From Rhizobiales bacterium 65-79 (lineage in GTDB: Bacteria > Pseudomonadota > Alphaproteobacteria > Rhizobiales > Rhizobiaceae): DNA of 24,000 nucleotides. Below are positions 1-12,709 of the stretch, in pieces (position 1 is the stretch's first letter; the number at the start of each line of letters is the position of its first letter). The notes under the pieces are model-generated. The model was not told the DNA's origin. It did not search any database and worked only from the letters and a program-made list of their open reading frames with translations. The DNA is taken from the NCBI GenBank assembly GCA_001896885.1, contig MKRJ01000011.1, positions 80,265-104,264 on the forward strand, read 5' to 3'. A program made the position numbers and the translations under genes.

Positions 1-123
1 GGAGGTCGGCATAGGTGTCGCCCTGGGGCGCATGCAGCAGGAAATGCACGCCGCGCATCGATGCCGCGATGCGCATGGCGCCGACATGCGGGGGTCCCTC
101 ATATGTCCAGACCGTCAGTTGCA

Positions 124-124
<1 letters not shown>
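1..124 (-). CDS. bchB: Light-independent protochlorophyllide reductase subunit B (BchB), N-terminal 41 codons only; continues off the left edge
   Basis: Minus-strand translation from ATG 124..122 gives [41 protein letters not shown], the conserved DPOR B-subunit N-terminus. The start overlaps the bchN stop (TGATG). It is absent from the ORF track because no stop codon lies inside the window. Confidence 0.88.
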
Positions 125-1928
<1,804 letters not shown>

Positions 1929-1968
1929 GCTCGACCGCCTCCTGCTTGGGTTTGCTCGCAGTCGCTGG

Positions 1969-2010
1969 ACTGTAATCCCCGAAACCAAAAAGTGTCAACC
2001 AAACATGACG
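1969..2010 (-). promoter_or_regulatory. Candidate bchF promoter with an overlapping PpsR/CrtJ-type palindrome
   Basis: On the minus strand, TTGACA (plus 1993-1998) is followed by 18 nt and TACAGT (plus 1969-1974). The palindrome TGTC-N10-GACG at 1993-2010 matches the PpsR consensus TGTc-N10-gACA at 7 of 8 specified positions and covers the -35 box. It lies in an AT-rich core of the 142-bp bchF/aerR divergent spacer. Confidence 0.45.
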
Positions 2011-2070
2011 TAAAATTACATTTACAAAATTGCTGCGCGCGGCTACCTTTCAGGCCAGAAACGGAAAAAA

Positions 2071-2937
2071 GTGCACCGTATGTTTTTCCAAGAGGCGAAA
2101 ACCCGGCAAGAAGAATGCGCGACCTGCGACTCGCAGGCCGGACGGCAGCGCGACGTGAGAGATACGGAATTGTCGGGCCCGACAGGTGATGTCGCCGACC
2201 GGCGGTTGATGGGGGGCATCGAGCGCAAAAAGATGCAGTTGGAGAAGGTTGCCAGCCTGCGGCGCGCCCGCACGCTGAAGTTCGTCGCATTGCTGTTCGA
2301 CGAGGATGCCCGGCGATGCGGTGCCATGGTGGATGCGCTTTTCGCCGATTGCGGCGATCCGCAGAAGGTTGCCGAGCGCCTTTTCGAGCCGGCCGCGCGC
2401 GTCATAGGCGACAGTTGGTGCGCCGACGAACTCGATTTCGTCAAGGTCACCGTCGCCATGTCGAGAATGCAGCGGTTGTTCCACCGGTTGACGGCCGAAC
2501 ATCGGCCGACGGCGGCGTCCGACATGTCGCGCAGCGTGCTTTTGACCGCAGCGCCCGGCGAGCAGCATACGTTCGGCCTTTCCGTGGTCGAAGATGCCTT
2601 CCGGCGCAGCAGATGGCAGGTCGATTGTGGCGATTTTGACCGGGAGATGGACATCTACAGGTCCGTCGCCGCCAACAGCTACCGCATCATCGGCATCTCG
2701 ATCAGCGGCGAGCGCCTGCTTTCTGATCTGACGTCGATGGTCAGCAGGCTGCGTTCCAGATCGCGCAACAGGTCCGTGGTGCTCATGGCCGGCGGCAGCC
2801 TGATCACGCGGAACCCGCAAGGGGCGATCAATGCGGGCTTCGACCTGCTTGCCATCGACGCGTCGTCCGCTATCGCGCTGGCGGAAGCTGTCGTCACGCC
2901 CGGTTTCGCGACCGACATGCGCATTGCGGCCGAGTAG
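2071..2937 (+). CDS. aerR: Cobalamin-binding antirepressor of PpsR (AerR/PpaA family); start uncertain (GTG 2071, ATG 2080, ATG 2209 or ATG 2233)
   Basis: It sits immediately upstream of ppsR and divergent from bchF, as in Rhodobacter. It has a helical B12-binding cap region (ERLFEPAARVIGDSWCADELDFVKVTVAMSRM) followed by a Rossmann-like B12 domain with an E-x-H-x-x-G motif (GEQHTFG). Confidence 0.8.
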   Translation: MHRMFFQEAKTRQEECATCDSQAGRQRDVRDTELSGPTGDVADRRLMGGIERKKMQLEKVASLRRARTLKFVALLFDEDARRCGAMVDALFADCGDPQKVAERLFEPAARVIGDSWCADELDFVKVTVAMSRMQRLFHRLTAEHRPTAASDMSRSVLLTAAPGEQHTFGLSVVEDAFRRSRWQVDCGDFDREMDIYRSVAANSYRIIGISISGERLLSDLTSMVSRLRSRSRNRSVVLMAGGSLITRNPQGAINAGFDLLAIDASSAIALAEAVVTPGFATDMRIAAE

Positions 2938-2958
2938 AACAAGGTATGAAAGCTGTCC

Positions 2959-4401
2959 ATGGACAAGCAGGCTTCCCGGGAGGTGTCCCGCTCGTTCCGT
3001 TCCGACGGTGAGCTTTTCGCCGGATTGGGCGCCGAGGCCCTGGCGCTTGCCACCGCGAATTCCGACATATCCCTCGTCGTTTCCCGCTCGGGCCATATCC
3101 TCGATGTCTCCTACCGCGAAGACAGCCTGAAGGCATTTGACGTCGACGGCTGGGAGGACAGACCGTGGCAGGATACCGTCACCGTCGAAAGCCGCGACAA
3201 GATCCGCGAACTGCTGCAGGAAGCGACAACTGTTTCGCCGACGCGCTCGCGCCAGGTCAACCATCCCGGCAAGGACGGCAACGACCTGCCGATGGGCTAC
3301 CGCATCGTTTCCTTTTCGAACTGGCCGCACCACGTGGCGCTTGGCACCGACCTGCGTCCGATGGCCGAGATGCAGCAACGGCTCGTGCGGGCGCAGATCG
3401 AGATGGAGAAGGACTATCGCAAGCTCCGGGATATAGAATCCCGCTATCGGCTGCTTTTTCACCTTGCGGTCGAGCCTTTGATCGTCGTCGAAGCCCAGGC
3501 GATGAGGATCCTCGACGCCAACGAGGATGCCGCCAAGCTGCTGGGCAAGCCTATAAAGAAACTTGTCGGATCGGCGGCCGTCGGCGTATTCGCCAAGGCC
3601 GATCAGGGCATCGCCACGGAGGCGCTCACATCCTTTGGCGCCAGGTCCCGCGCCGAGGTCTTCAGGGCAAGGCTGGCGAACACGGACCGCTATATGGAAA
3701 TCCGGGTGACGCCGTTTCGCGAACTGGGCAAGACCAATCTTCTTGTGTCCTTCGTAAGCGAAGTGCCGACCCGCGCGGCGGCCGGTTCCACGTCGGACGC
3801 GAACCTTGCTTCGGTCGTTGACAGCCTTCCGGAAGGGATCGTCATCGTCGACGGGGAAGGCAGGATCATCGAGGCCAACCCCGGCTTTCTCGACCTCATA
3901 CGCGTGGTGACGCTTGACCGCGTCAAGGACAGAAGCCTCGACAAGTGGCTGGGCGGATCGAGCGTCGACCTCCAGGTGCTGATGGCCAACTTGCGCGAGC
4001 ACGGCACGGTGCGCCGTTTCTCCTCGGTGGTGCGCGACGACGTCGGCGGGACCGAGAAGGTCGAGGTTTCGGCGGCAAGGATCGCCGGCCGTGACGGGCC
4101 GCTTTTCGGCTTCGCCATACGCGAGGTTGTGCGGGCCGAACCCGCCATTCAGACCAGCGGCGCCGGCGACAGGCAGGGCGCCGCCGCGACCCAGTTCACC
4201 GACCTGGTCGGCCGCGTGCCGCTCAAGGACCTCGTTCGCGACACGGCGGGGGTCATCGAGAAGCTCTGCATCGAGGCGGCCCTGCGCCTGACCGACAACA
4301 ACCGCGCCTCGGCCGCCGACATGCTCGGTCTCAGCCGCCAGAGCCTTTACATCAAGCTCCGGCGCTTCGGCATTTCGGATGTCGACGAGGACGAGGATTA
4401 G
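2959..4401 (+). CDS. ppsR: Photosynthesis gene repressor PpsR/CrtJ (PAS domains plus C-terminal Fis-type HTH), 480 aa
   Basis: The C-terminus reads EKLCIEAALRLTDNNRASAADMLGLSRQSLYIKLRRFGI, a PpsR/CrtJ HTH signature. PAS-like blocks and a Q-linker-like MAEMQQRLVRAQIEMEKDYRKLRDIESRYRLLF are present. Genomic context is aerR-ppsR-bchG. Confidence 0.92.
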   Translation: MDKQASREVSRSFRSDGELFAGLGAEALALATANSDISLVVSRSGHILDVSYREDSLKAFDVDGWEDRPWQDTVTVESRDKIRELLQEATTVSPTRSRQVNHPGKDGNDLPMGYRIVSFSNWPHHVALGTDLRPMAEMQQRLVRAQIEMEKDYRKLRDIESRYRLLFHLAVEPLIVVEAQAMRILDANEDAAKLLGKPIKKLVGSAAVGVFAKADQGIATEALTSFGARSRAEVFRARLANTDRYMEIRVTPFRELGKTNLLVSFVSEVPTRAAAGSTSDANLASVVDSLPEGIVIVDGEGRIIEANPGFLDLIRVVTLDRVKDRSLDKWLGGSSVDLQVLMANLREHGTVRRFSSVVRDDVGGTEKVEVSAARIAGRDGPLFGFAIREVVRAEPAIQTSGAGDRQGAAATQFTDLVGRVPLKDLVRDTAGVIEKLCIEAALRLTDNNRASAADMLGLSRQSLYIKLRRFGISDVDEDED

Positions 4402-4403
4402 GC

Positions 4404-5312
4404 ATGGTCCACCACGCAGCTGCATCCTCCAAGTACATGGTTCCGACGCCGGCCGCGACGCTGGAGCTTCTCAAGCCGATAACGTGGTTTGCGCCGATGT
4501 GGGCTTTCGGCTGCGGCGTGGTGTCCTCCGGCATCTCGCTCGGCGACCGCTGGCCCTATGTGGTCGGCGGAATCCTGCTCGCCGGGCCTCTGGTCTGCGG
4601 CACCAGCCAGGCGGTCAACGACTGGTACGACCGGGAAGTGGACGCCATCAACGAGCCCGGCCGCGTCATTCCGTCGGGGCGGATGCCCGGGCGCTGGGGG
4701 TTCTTCGTTGCCGTGGCCAACACGCTCCTGTCGCTCGCGGTGGCATGGTGGCTCGGGCCCTGGGTGTTCGGCGCGGCCACCGTCGGGCTGGCGCTCGCCT
4801 GGGCCTACAGCGCGCCGCCGCTCCGGCTGAAGCGCAGCGGCTGGTACGGCCCCGCCGCGGTCGGGCTCTGCTATGAAGGGTTGCCGTGGTTCACGGCGGC
4901 CGCGGCGGCAAGCGGCGCTTTCCCCGGCTATGCGACCTTGTCGATTGCGCTGCTCTACAGCGTCGGCGCGCACGGGATCATGACGCTCAACGATTTCAAG
5001 TCGGTCGAGGGCGATCGCCGGATGGGACTGGCGAGCCTGCCGGCCGTATTCGGCGTCGAGCGCGCGGCGCGGCTTGCCTGCTTCGTCATGGCCGTCCCTC
5101 AGCTCCTTGTGATCGCGCTCCTGTTGCGGTGGGGATTCCCCATCCATGCGTCGATCGTCGCGGCGCTATTCGCAGGCCAGGTGATATGCATGCTGCGGCT
5201 GCTGCAGGACCCGTTGCGCCGGGCGTCCTGGTACAACGCCACGGGTACGACGATGTATGTTTTCGGCATGCTGGCGAGCGCCTTTGCGCTGCGTGCGATG
5301 CAGGGAGGATGA
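4404..5312 (+). CDS. bchG: Bacteriochlorophyll synthase (UbiA-family prenyltransferase BchG), 302 aa
   Basis: Contains LELLKPITWFAPMWAFGCGVVSSG and the NDWYDREVDAINEPGRVIPSGR Asp-rich prenyltransferase motif. GAGGA lies 6 nt upstream, and the start is only 2 nt after the ppsR stop. Confidence 0.95.
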   Translation: MVHHAAASSKYMVPTPAATLELLKPITWFAPMWAFGCGVVSSGISLGDRWPYVVGGILLAGPLVCGTSQAVNDWYDREVDAINEPGRVIPSGRMPGRWGFFVAVANTLLSLAVAWWLGPWVFGAATVGLALAWAYSAPPLRLKRSGWYGPAAVGLCYEGLPWFTAAAAASGAFPGYATLSIALLYSVGAHGIMTLNDFKSVEGDRRMGLASLPAVFGVERAARLACFVMAVPQLLVIALLLRWGFPIHASIVAALFAGQVICMLRLLQDPLRRASWYNATGTTMYVFGMLASAFALRAMQGG

Positions 5313-5313
5313 C

Positions 5314-6666
5314 ATGGCACGGACGGCACCGCTGAACTGGTTCGGCATCGCTCGGCTCGGCCTCGTGCAGGCGGCGCTGGGCGGGATCGTCGCGCTCACC
5401 ACCTCGACGCTGAACCGCATCATGGTCGTGGAACTCAACCTCGCGGCGGTCGTGCCGGGAGCGCTGGTCGGACTTCACTACGGGGTGCAGATGGCCAGGC
5501 CGCTTTGGGGCCACGGCTCCGACAGGGGCGGTCGACGCACGCCATGGATCGTCGGGGGCATCGCGCTGCTCGCGCTCGGCGGGTTCGGCGCTGCGGTGGC
5601 GACATCGGTTATGGCCGATAATTTCGCCATAGGCCTGGTGCTGGCGATCGCGGATTTCATCCTGATCGGCATCGGGGTAGGGGCGGCCGGCACGTCGCTG
5701 CTGGCCCTGCTCGCGTCGAGCGTCGCGCCGGAGCGGCGGCCGGCGGCCGCGACCGTGGTCTGGCTGATGATGATCCTCGGCATCGTGCTGACGTCGGTCG
5801 TATCGGGCAGGTTCCTCGATCCGTTCTCGATGTCGCGGCTGATCGCGGTGGCCGGCGCCACCGGCCTTGCGGCGCTTGCGCTGACCGTGCTCGCCGTGGC
5901 CGGCGTCGAGACATCGGCGTCGCGGCGTGCCATGGCCGCGAGAGAGTCGTCGGCGGTGTCGTTTCGCGAAAGCCTCGCCGACACGTGGAGCGATCCGCAG
6001 GCGCGGCTCTTCACCATCTTCGTGTTCGTTTCGATGCTCGGCTACAGCATGCAGGACCTCATCCTGGAGCCGTTTGCCGGACTTATGTTCGGCATGACGC
6101 CCGGCCAGACGACGCAACTGTCCGGCCTCCAGAATGGCGGGGTGTTCTGCGGTATGGTCCTCGTCGGGGTCGCCGGCAGCCTGCTTGCCGGCCGCATCCC
6201 CGCGATCCTCAAATATTTCACCGTGGGCGGCTGCGTGCTCTCCGGCATCGCGCTGGCGGGGCTGACCGCGTCGACGACGGCGGCGCCGGCCTGGCCGCTG
6301 GCGGCCAACGTGTTCGCCCTCGGCTTTTCCAACGGCATATTCGCGGTCGCCGCCATCGGCTCGATGATGGGGCTGGCTGGAGCAGCCGGCCCGTCGAAGA
6401 TCGGCCTGCGCATGGGCCTGTGGGGGGCCGCGCAGGCGGTCGCTTTCGGCCTCGGCGGCTTTGTAGGCACGGCGGCCGTGGACCTTGGGCGGGCCATCAG
6501 CGGCTCGGTGCGGATCGCCTATGGCAGCGTGTTCCTGCTCGAAGGCCTCGTCTTCCTGGTCGCCGCAGCCATCGCGCTTCGCATCGCTTCGGTTCGGGCC
6601 GGCTGCGCGACCGACGCGGCCGCAGGCGGCCCGGCCCCCGCTTACGGACTTCAGGCGGCTGAATGA
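5314..6666 (+). CDS. PucC/LhaA-family MFS protein (bacteriochlorophyll delivery family; equivalent of Rhodobacter orf428 between bchG and bchP), about 450 aa
   Basis: Contains WFGIARLGLVQAALGGIVALTTSTLNRIMVVELNLAAVVPGALVGLHYGVQMARPLWGHGSD and is polytopic. ATG 5314 is preceded by GGGAGGA (5303-5309) and lies 1 nt after the bchG stop. The track start at 5257 overlaps bchG and is rejected. Confidence 0.9.
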   Translation: MARTAPLNWFGIARLGLVQAALGGIVALTTSTLNRIMVVELNLAAVVPGALVGLHYGVQMARPLWGHGSDRGGRRTPWIVGGIALLALGGFGAAVATSVMADNFAIGLVLAIADFILIGIGVGAAGTSLLALLASSVAPERRPAAATVVWLMMILGIVLTSVVSGRFLDPFSMSRLIAVAGATGLAALALTVLAVAGVETSASRRAMAARESSAVSFRESLADTWSDPQARLFTIFVFVSMLGYSMQDLILEPFAGLMFGMTPGQTTQLSGLQNGGVFCGMVLVGVAGSLLAGRIPAILKYFTVGGCVLSGIALAGLTASTTAAPAWPLAANVFALGFSNGIFAVAAIGSMMGLAGAAGPSKIGLRMGLWGAAQAVAFGLGGFVGTAAVDLGRAISGSVRIAYGSVFLLEGLVFLVAAAIALRIASVRAGCATDAAAGGPAPAYGLQAAE

Positions 6667-7862
6667 CGATGGCCGCGGCAAGACGGGCCGACTACGACGT
6701 GGTGGTCGCCGGCGGCGGGCCGGGCGGCGCGACCGCGGCCACCGATCTCGCACTGGCGGGTCGACGCGTCCTGCTGCTCGATCGCGAGGGGCGCACCAAG
6801 CCGTGCGGCGGCGCCATACCGACCAAGCTGATCGAGGAGTTCGACATTCCCGCCTCGCTGCTTCAGGCCCGCATCCGCTCAGCCCGCATCTTCGCGCCTT
6901 CGGGCACCAGCGTCGACATGAAGATCGATGATGGCTTCGTCGGCATGGTCGGCCGTGATGTCTTCGATCCCTGGCTGCGCGAAAGAGCGGCGTCGAGCGG
7001 CGCGACCGTGCTCGCCGCGACCTTCGAAAGCGCGTGCGCCGCCGACGACAGCCTGCTCGACGTGCGCTTCGTGCGCAATGACGGCATTGCGGAAACGGTC
7101 GCTGCCAGAATGATCATCGGCGCGGACGGCGCCAATTCGACGGTAAGGCGCGTGATGTTCGGCAGGGACCAGCGCCCGCCTTATGTCTTCGCCTATCATG
7201 AAATCGTCAGGTCCCCGGCCGGCCGTCGGCAAAGCTTCGACGCGCGGCGCTGCGATGTCTATTATCAGGGGCGGATATCGCCGGATTTCTACGGCTGGGT
7301 GTTTCCGCACGGCGACACCACGAGCGTCGGCGTCGGCAGCGCGATCAAGGGGTTCGACCTCAGGGCCGCCACCCGCGCCCTGCGCGAGGCCGCCGGCCTC
7401 GGCGCGCAGCAGACGCTGCGCGAGGAGGGCGCGCCGCTGCCGCTGAAGCCGCTGCGGCGCTGGGACAACGGCCGCGACACCGTGCTGGTCGGAGATGCGG
7501 CGGGGGTCGTGGCGCCGTCCTCGGGAGAGGGCATCTATTTTGCCATGGATTGCGGCCGTCTCGCCGCGCAGGCGGCCGGCGAATTCCTCGCGACGGGCAA
7601 CCCCAGGGCGCTGGTGGGCGTGCGCAGGCGCTTCATGCGCAAACACGGCCGCGTCTTCCTGATCCTGGGCTTCATGCAGGGCTTCTGGTACCGCAACGAC
7701 AAGCGGCGCGAACGCTTCGTCATGATCTGCGAAGACCGCGACGTGCAGAAGCTGGTATGGGAATCCTACCTCCACAAGCGGCTGGCGCGCACCGACCCGC
7801 TCGCGCATGTGCGGGTGTTCCTGAAGGATTTGCGGCACCTGCTGCGGCTGGCATTCCAGTAG
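6663..7862 (+). CDS. bchP: Geranylgeranyl-bacteriochlorophyll reductase (BchP), 399 aa
   Basis: N-terminal FAD fold DYDVVVAGGGPGGATAATDLALAGRRVLLLDREGRTKPCGGAIP. ATGA overlap with the upstream MFS gene. Canonical bchG-MFS-bchP order. Confidence 0.95.
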   Translation: MTMAAARRADYDVVVAGGGPGGATAATDLALAGRRVLLLDREGRTKPCGGAIPTKLIEEFDIPASLLQARIRSARIFAPSGTSVDMKIDDGFVGMVGRDVFDPWLRERAASSGATVLAATFESACAADDSLLDVRFVRNDGIAETVAARMIIGADGANSTVRRVMFGRDQRPPYVFAYHEIVRSPAGRRQSFDARRCDVYYQGRISPDFYGWVFPHGDTTSVGVGSAIKGFDLRAATRALREAAGLGAQQTLREEGAPLPLKPLRRWDNGRDTVLVGDAAGVVAPSSGEGIYFAMDCGRLAAQAAGEFLATGNPRALVGVRRRFMRKHGRVFLILGFMQGFWYRNDKRRERFVMICEDRDVQKLVWESYLHKRLARTDPLAHVRVFLKDLRHLLRLAFQ

Positions 7863-7875
7863 CCGGAGCGAAGCG

Positions 7876-8145
7876 ATGATCGACACAATCATATCCAGCG
7901 GCGCCATCGCCTGGATAGCACTCGGCGCGCTTCTGCTCGAATTGATGATCGTGCTGGGCCTGGCGCGCAGCCGGGCGACGCGGATGTCCTTCATTGCCAA
8001 CGGCCTGTCCGGCGCCTGCCTGATCATGGCGTTCCGCGCTGCGCTGATCGGCGCCGGCACGTTGCCGATCGCCGTGTGGCTCGGCCTCGGTCTCGCCGCT
8101 CATCTGGCCGATGTGGCGATGCGCCTGCGCCAGTCGGCCCGATGA
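7876..8145 (+). CDS. Small hydrophobic protein, 89 aa, about 3 predicted TM helices, unknown function
   Basis: GGAG lies 7 nt upstream of ATG 7876, which is 13 nt after the bchP stop on the same strand. The sequence is strongly hydrophobic with GC-rich third positions. I recognise no family. Confidence 0.5.
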   Translation: MIDTIISSGAIAWIALGALLLELMIVLGLARSRATRMSFIANGLSGACLIMAFRAALIGAGTLPIAVWLGLGLAAHLADVAMRLRQSAR

Positions 8146-8183
8146 GCCTCCATCACGCGGCGGCGCGTGCCTCGTCGGCCGAC
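8133..8183. terminator. Extended GC-rich stem-loop spanning the convergent stops of the 89-aa ORF and rpe; possible bidirectional termination or processing element without a U-tract
   Basis: Lower stem: 8133-8139 pairs with 8177-8183 (7 bp), C8140 is bulged, and 8141-8146 pairs with 8071-8176 region 8171-8176 (6 bp with one G-U). Upper stem: 8154-8159 pairs with 8164-8169 (CACGCG/CGCGTG) around a 4-nt loop. The stops at 8143-8145 (+) and 8153-8155 (-) both lie inside the structure. Confidence 0.3.
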
Positions 8184-8836
8184 CGGCGGATGGCGTCGAT
8201 GTTGACACGGTAGATGTCTTTCGTGCCGCCTGTGAAAACCGCCGACCCGGCGACCAGGACGTTCGCCCCCGCCGCGGTCAGCAGGGGCGCCGTCTTCGGC
8301 GTCACGCCGCCGTCGATCTCGATATCGATCGCACGGCCGCCCACGAGCGCCTTGACCCGCCGGACCTTTTCGACGACGGCCGGAATGAATGCCTGGCCGC
8401 CGAAGCCGGGATTGACCGTCATCAGCAGCACAAGGTCGAGCCTGTCGAGGACATATTCGATCACGGTCTCCGGCGTGGCGGGGTTGAGCGACACGCCGGC
8501 TTTCTTGCCCAGCGCCCTGATCGTCTGAAGCGAGCGGTCGAGATGCGGCCCGGCCTCGGCGTGCACGGTGATGGTGTCGCAGCCGGCGTCGGCGAACGCG
8601 GCCAGGTAGGCGTCGGCGGGCGCGATCATCAAATGGCAGTCGAAGACCTTGTCGGTGCGGCTGCGTATGGCCTTGATGACCGGCGGCCCGAAGGTGATGT
8701 TGGGGACGAAATGCCCGTCCATGACGTCGAGATGGATCCAGTCGGCGCCGGCCGCCGCAACCGCCTCGACCTCGTCGCCCAGCCGTGAAAAATCGGCCGA
8801 AAGCACCGAAGGCGCGATGATCGTGCTATAGGTCAT
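8153..8836 (-). CDS. rpe: Ribulose-phosphate 3-epimerase (Rpe/CbbE), about 227 aa
   Basis: Contains [57 protein letters not shown] and IEIDGGV. ATG 8836 is preceded by GGGAGG. The track start at 8878 is an unsupported extension. Confidence 0.94.
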   Translation of the reverse strand: MTYSTIIAPSVLSADFSRLGDEVEAVAAAGADWIHLDVMDGHFVPNITFGPPVIKAIRSRTDKVFDCHLMIAPADAYLAAFADAGCDTITVHAEAGPHLDRSLQTIRALGKKAGVSLNPATPETVIEYVLDRLDLVLLMTVNPGFGGQAFIPAVVEKVRRVKALVGGRAIDIEIDGGVTPKTAPLLTAAGANVLVAGSAVFTGGTKDIYRVNIDAIRRSADEARAAA

Positions 8837-8884
8837 TGCCAGGCCTCCCGGTCCATTTCGCAAGTCGCGCTCCGGCAAGGGACG

Positions 8885-9829
8885 TTACACGGCCGTCGTT
8901 CCGCTGGCCGGTTCCCCGTCGAGCCTTCCTTCGACGAACACCCGGCTGCCGCGTATATCGGCCGCCTCGATCGTGACGAGGTCGGTTCTCGTAAGCTTCT
9001 CGCTGCGCTCGGCGAAAAGCCGGTTGGCCTGCCGCAGACGCGCACGGTCCAGGGCGTTGCGGATGGAGCGCGCGTTGGAGAAATGCGGCAGCCGCATGCG
9101 AAGCGTGATGTATTCCTCGAGCGTGGCGGCGGCCTCCTCGCTCAGGCGATAATTCTGGTCGGCGAGCATGATCTCGGCGATCGACTTGAGCTCGGCGGGA
9201 CTGTAGTCCGGGAAATCCAGATGGTGGGCGATGCGCGAGCGCATGCCTGGGTTGCTGTCGAAGAACTTGTCCATCTTGTTCTTGTAGCCGGCCAGGATGA
9301 CCACCAGGTCATCGCGGTTGTTCTCCATGTACTGCAGCAGGATTTCGATGGCTTCCTGGCCGTAGTCGCGCTCGTTCTCTGGCTTGTAGAGATAGTAGGC
9401 CTCGTCGATGAAGAGCACGCCGCCCATGGCGCGCTTGATCACCTCCCTGGTCTTGGGCGCCGTGTGGCCGACATATTGGCCCACGAGGTCGTCGCGCGTC
9501 ACCGAAACCAGGTGGCCTTCGCGGATATAGCCCAGCCGATGCAGGATCTCGGCCATCCGCAGCGCCACCGTCGTCTTGCCGGTGCCGGGATTGCCGGTGA
9601 AGTTCATATGCAGCGTCGGCGTTCCCGACGAAATGCCGAACTTGCGCCGCAGCCTGTCGACCAGAAGCAGTGCCGCGATTTCGCGGATGCGGGTCTTGAT
9701 CGGCCTGAGGCCTATCAGTTCGCGGTCCAGCTTCTCGATGACCTCGTCGATGTTCGAAGCCTCGAACTCGGCTTGCAGATTGACCAGTTCCCCATCGTCC
9801 AGAACCATGGTGTTCGACATCTCGAGCAT
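8885..9829 (-). CDS. cbbX: Red-type RuBisCO activase CbbX (AAA+), 314 aa
   Basis: Walker [12 protein letters not shown], Walker [12 protein letters not shown], and the CbbX-typical blocks [24 protein letters not shown] and [28 protein letters not shown]. It lies directly downstream of cbbLS. Confidence 0.95.
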   Translation of the reverse strand: MLEMSNTMVLDDGELVNLQAEFEASNIDEVIEKLDRELIGLRPIKTRIREIAALLLVDRLRRKFGISSGTPTLHMNFTGNPGTGKTTVALRMAEILHRLGYIREGHLVSVTRDDLVGQYVGHTAPKTREVIKRAMGGVLFIDEAYYLYKPENERDYGQEAIEILLQYMENNRDDLVVILAGYKNKMDKFFDSNPGMRSRIAHHLDFPDYSPAELKSIAEIMLADQNYRLSEEAAATLEEYITLRMRLPHFSNARSIRNALDRARLRQANRLFAERSEKLTRTDLVTIEAADIRGSRVFVEGRLDGEPASGTTAV

Positions 9830-9857
9830 CGCCTCGCTCCAATCTTGACGGATGGCT

Positions 9858-10292
9858 CTAGCGCCGTTCGCCTTCCGGTTTGTCGGTGGCGTAGGGAACG
9901 ATGGAATAGCCCTGGCTGCGGCCGCTGCGTTCCTGCCGCAGCAGCCGGAAGCCGGGCTCGCTCGGCGGCCGGTTGACGATGAAGGACATGCGCGGCGCCT
10001 CCCAGCCCTTGGTCGAATCGAACGCGGTCACCCGGATGTACATGTCGGGGTAGGTCTTGCGGCAGGAATTCACCTCCAGGAGGATTCCGGCCGGGTCCCT
10101 GAGATCGAACATCGGATTGCCGAACATCTCCCAATAGGTGTTCCTGGGGTGTGGGTCGTCGGTATATTCGACGCTCACCGCCCAATTGTTTTTCAACGCA
10201 TATTTGATCTGTGCCGATATCTGCGTGTCGGTAAGGTCGGGCAGGAAGGAAAACTGCCCCTGGGTGACCCTGTTGCCGGGATTGCTCATCAT
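9858..10292 (-). CDS. cbbS: RuBisCO small subunit, form IC/ID type, 144 aa
   Basis: Contains [51 protein letters not shown] and the C-terminal extension typical of red-type small subunits. ATG 10292 has GGAGGA 7 nt upstream. The longer track ORF (to 10922) overlaps cbbL out of frame. Confidence 0.95.
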   Translation of the reverse strand: MMSNPGNRVTQGQFSFLPDLTDTQISAQIKYALKNNWAVSVEYTDDPHPRNTYWEMFGNPMFDLRDPAGILLEVNSCRKTYPDMYIRVTAFDSTKGWEAPRMSFIVNRPPSEPGFRLLRQERSGRSQGYSIVPYATDKPEGERR

Positions 10293-10309
10293 GGCGGCGT
10301 CCTCCTTTC

Positions 10310-12705
<2,396 letters not shown>

Positions 12706-12709
12706 CGCC

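Noticed and set aside
2009-2026. Second PpsR-like site, CGTA-N10-TACA, overlapping the first palindrome by 2 nt
   Set aside because: It lacks the TGT half-site. Overlapping geometry is unlike the spaced tandem sites known for PpsR/CrtJ. It is probably just AT-rich promoter sequence.
2050-4425. 791-aa ORF on the minus strand, the longest ORF in the window
   Set aside because: It is exactly antisense to aerR and ppsR, which share a frame. Its product is Arg/Gly/Ala/Pro-rich low-complexity sequence with no motifs. This is the classic stop-free antisense frame of high-GC coding DNA, and the sense genes have strong family signatures.
5086-6753. 555-aa minus-strand ORF
   Set aside because: It is antisense to the PucC/LhaA-family MFS gene. 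It is extremely Arg-rich and has no RBS or motif support.
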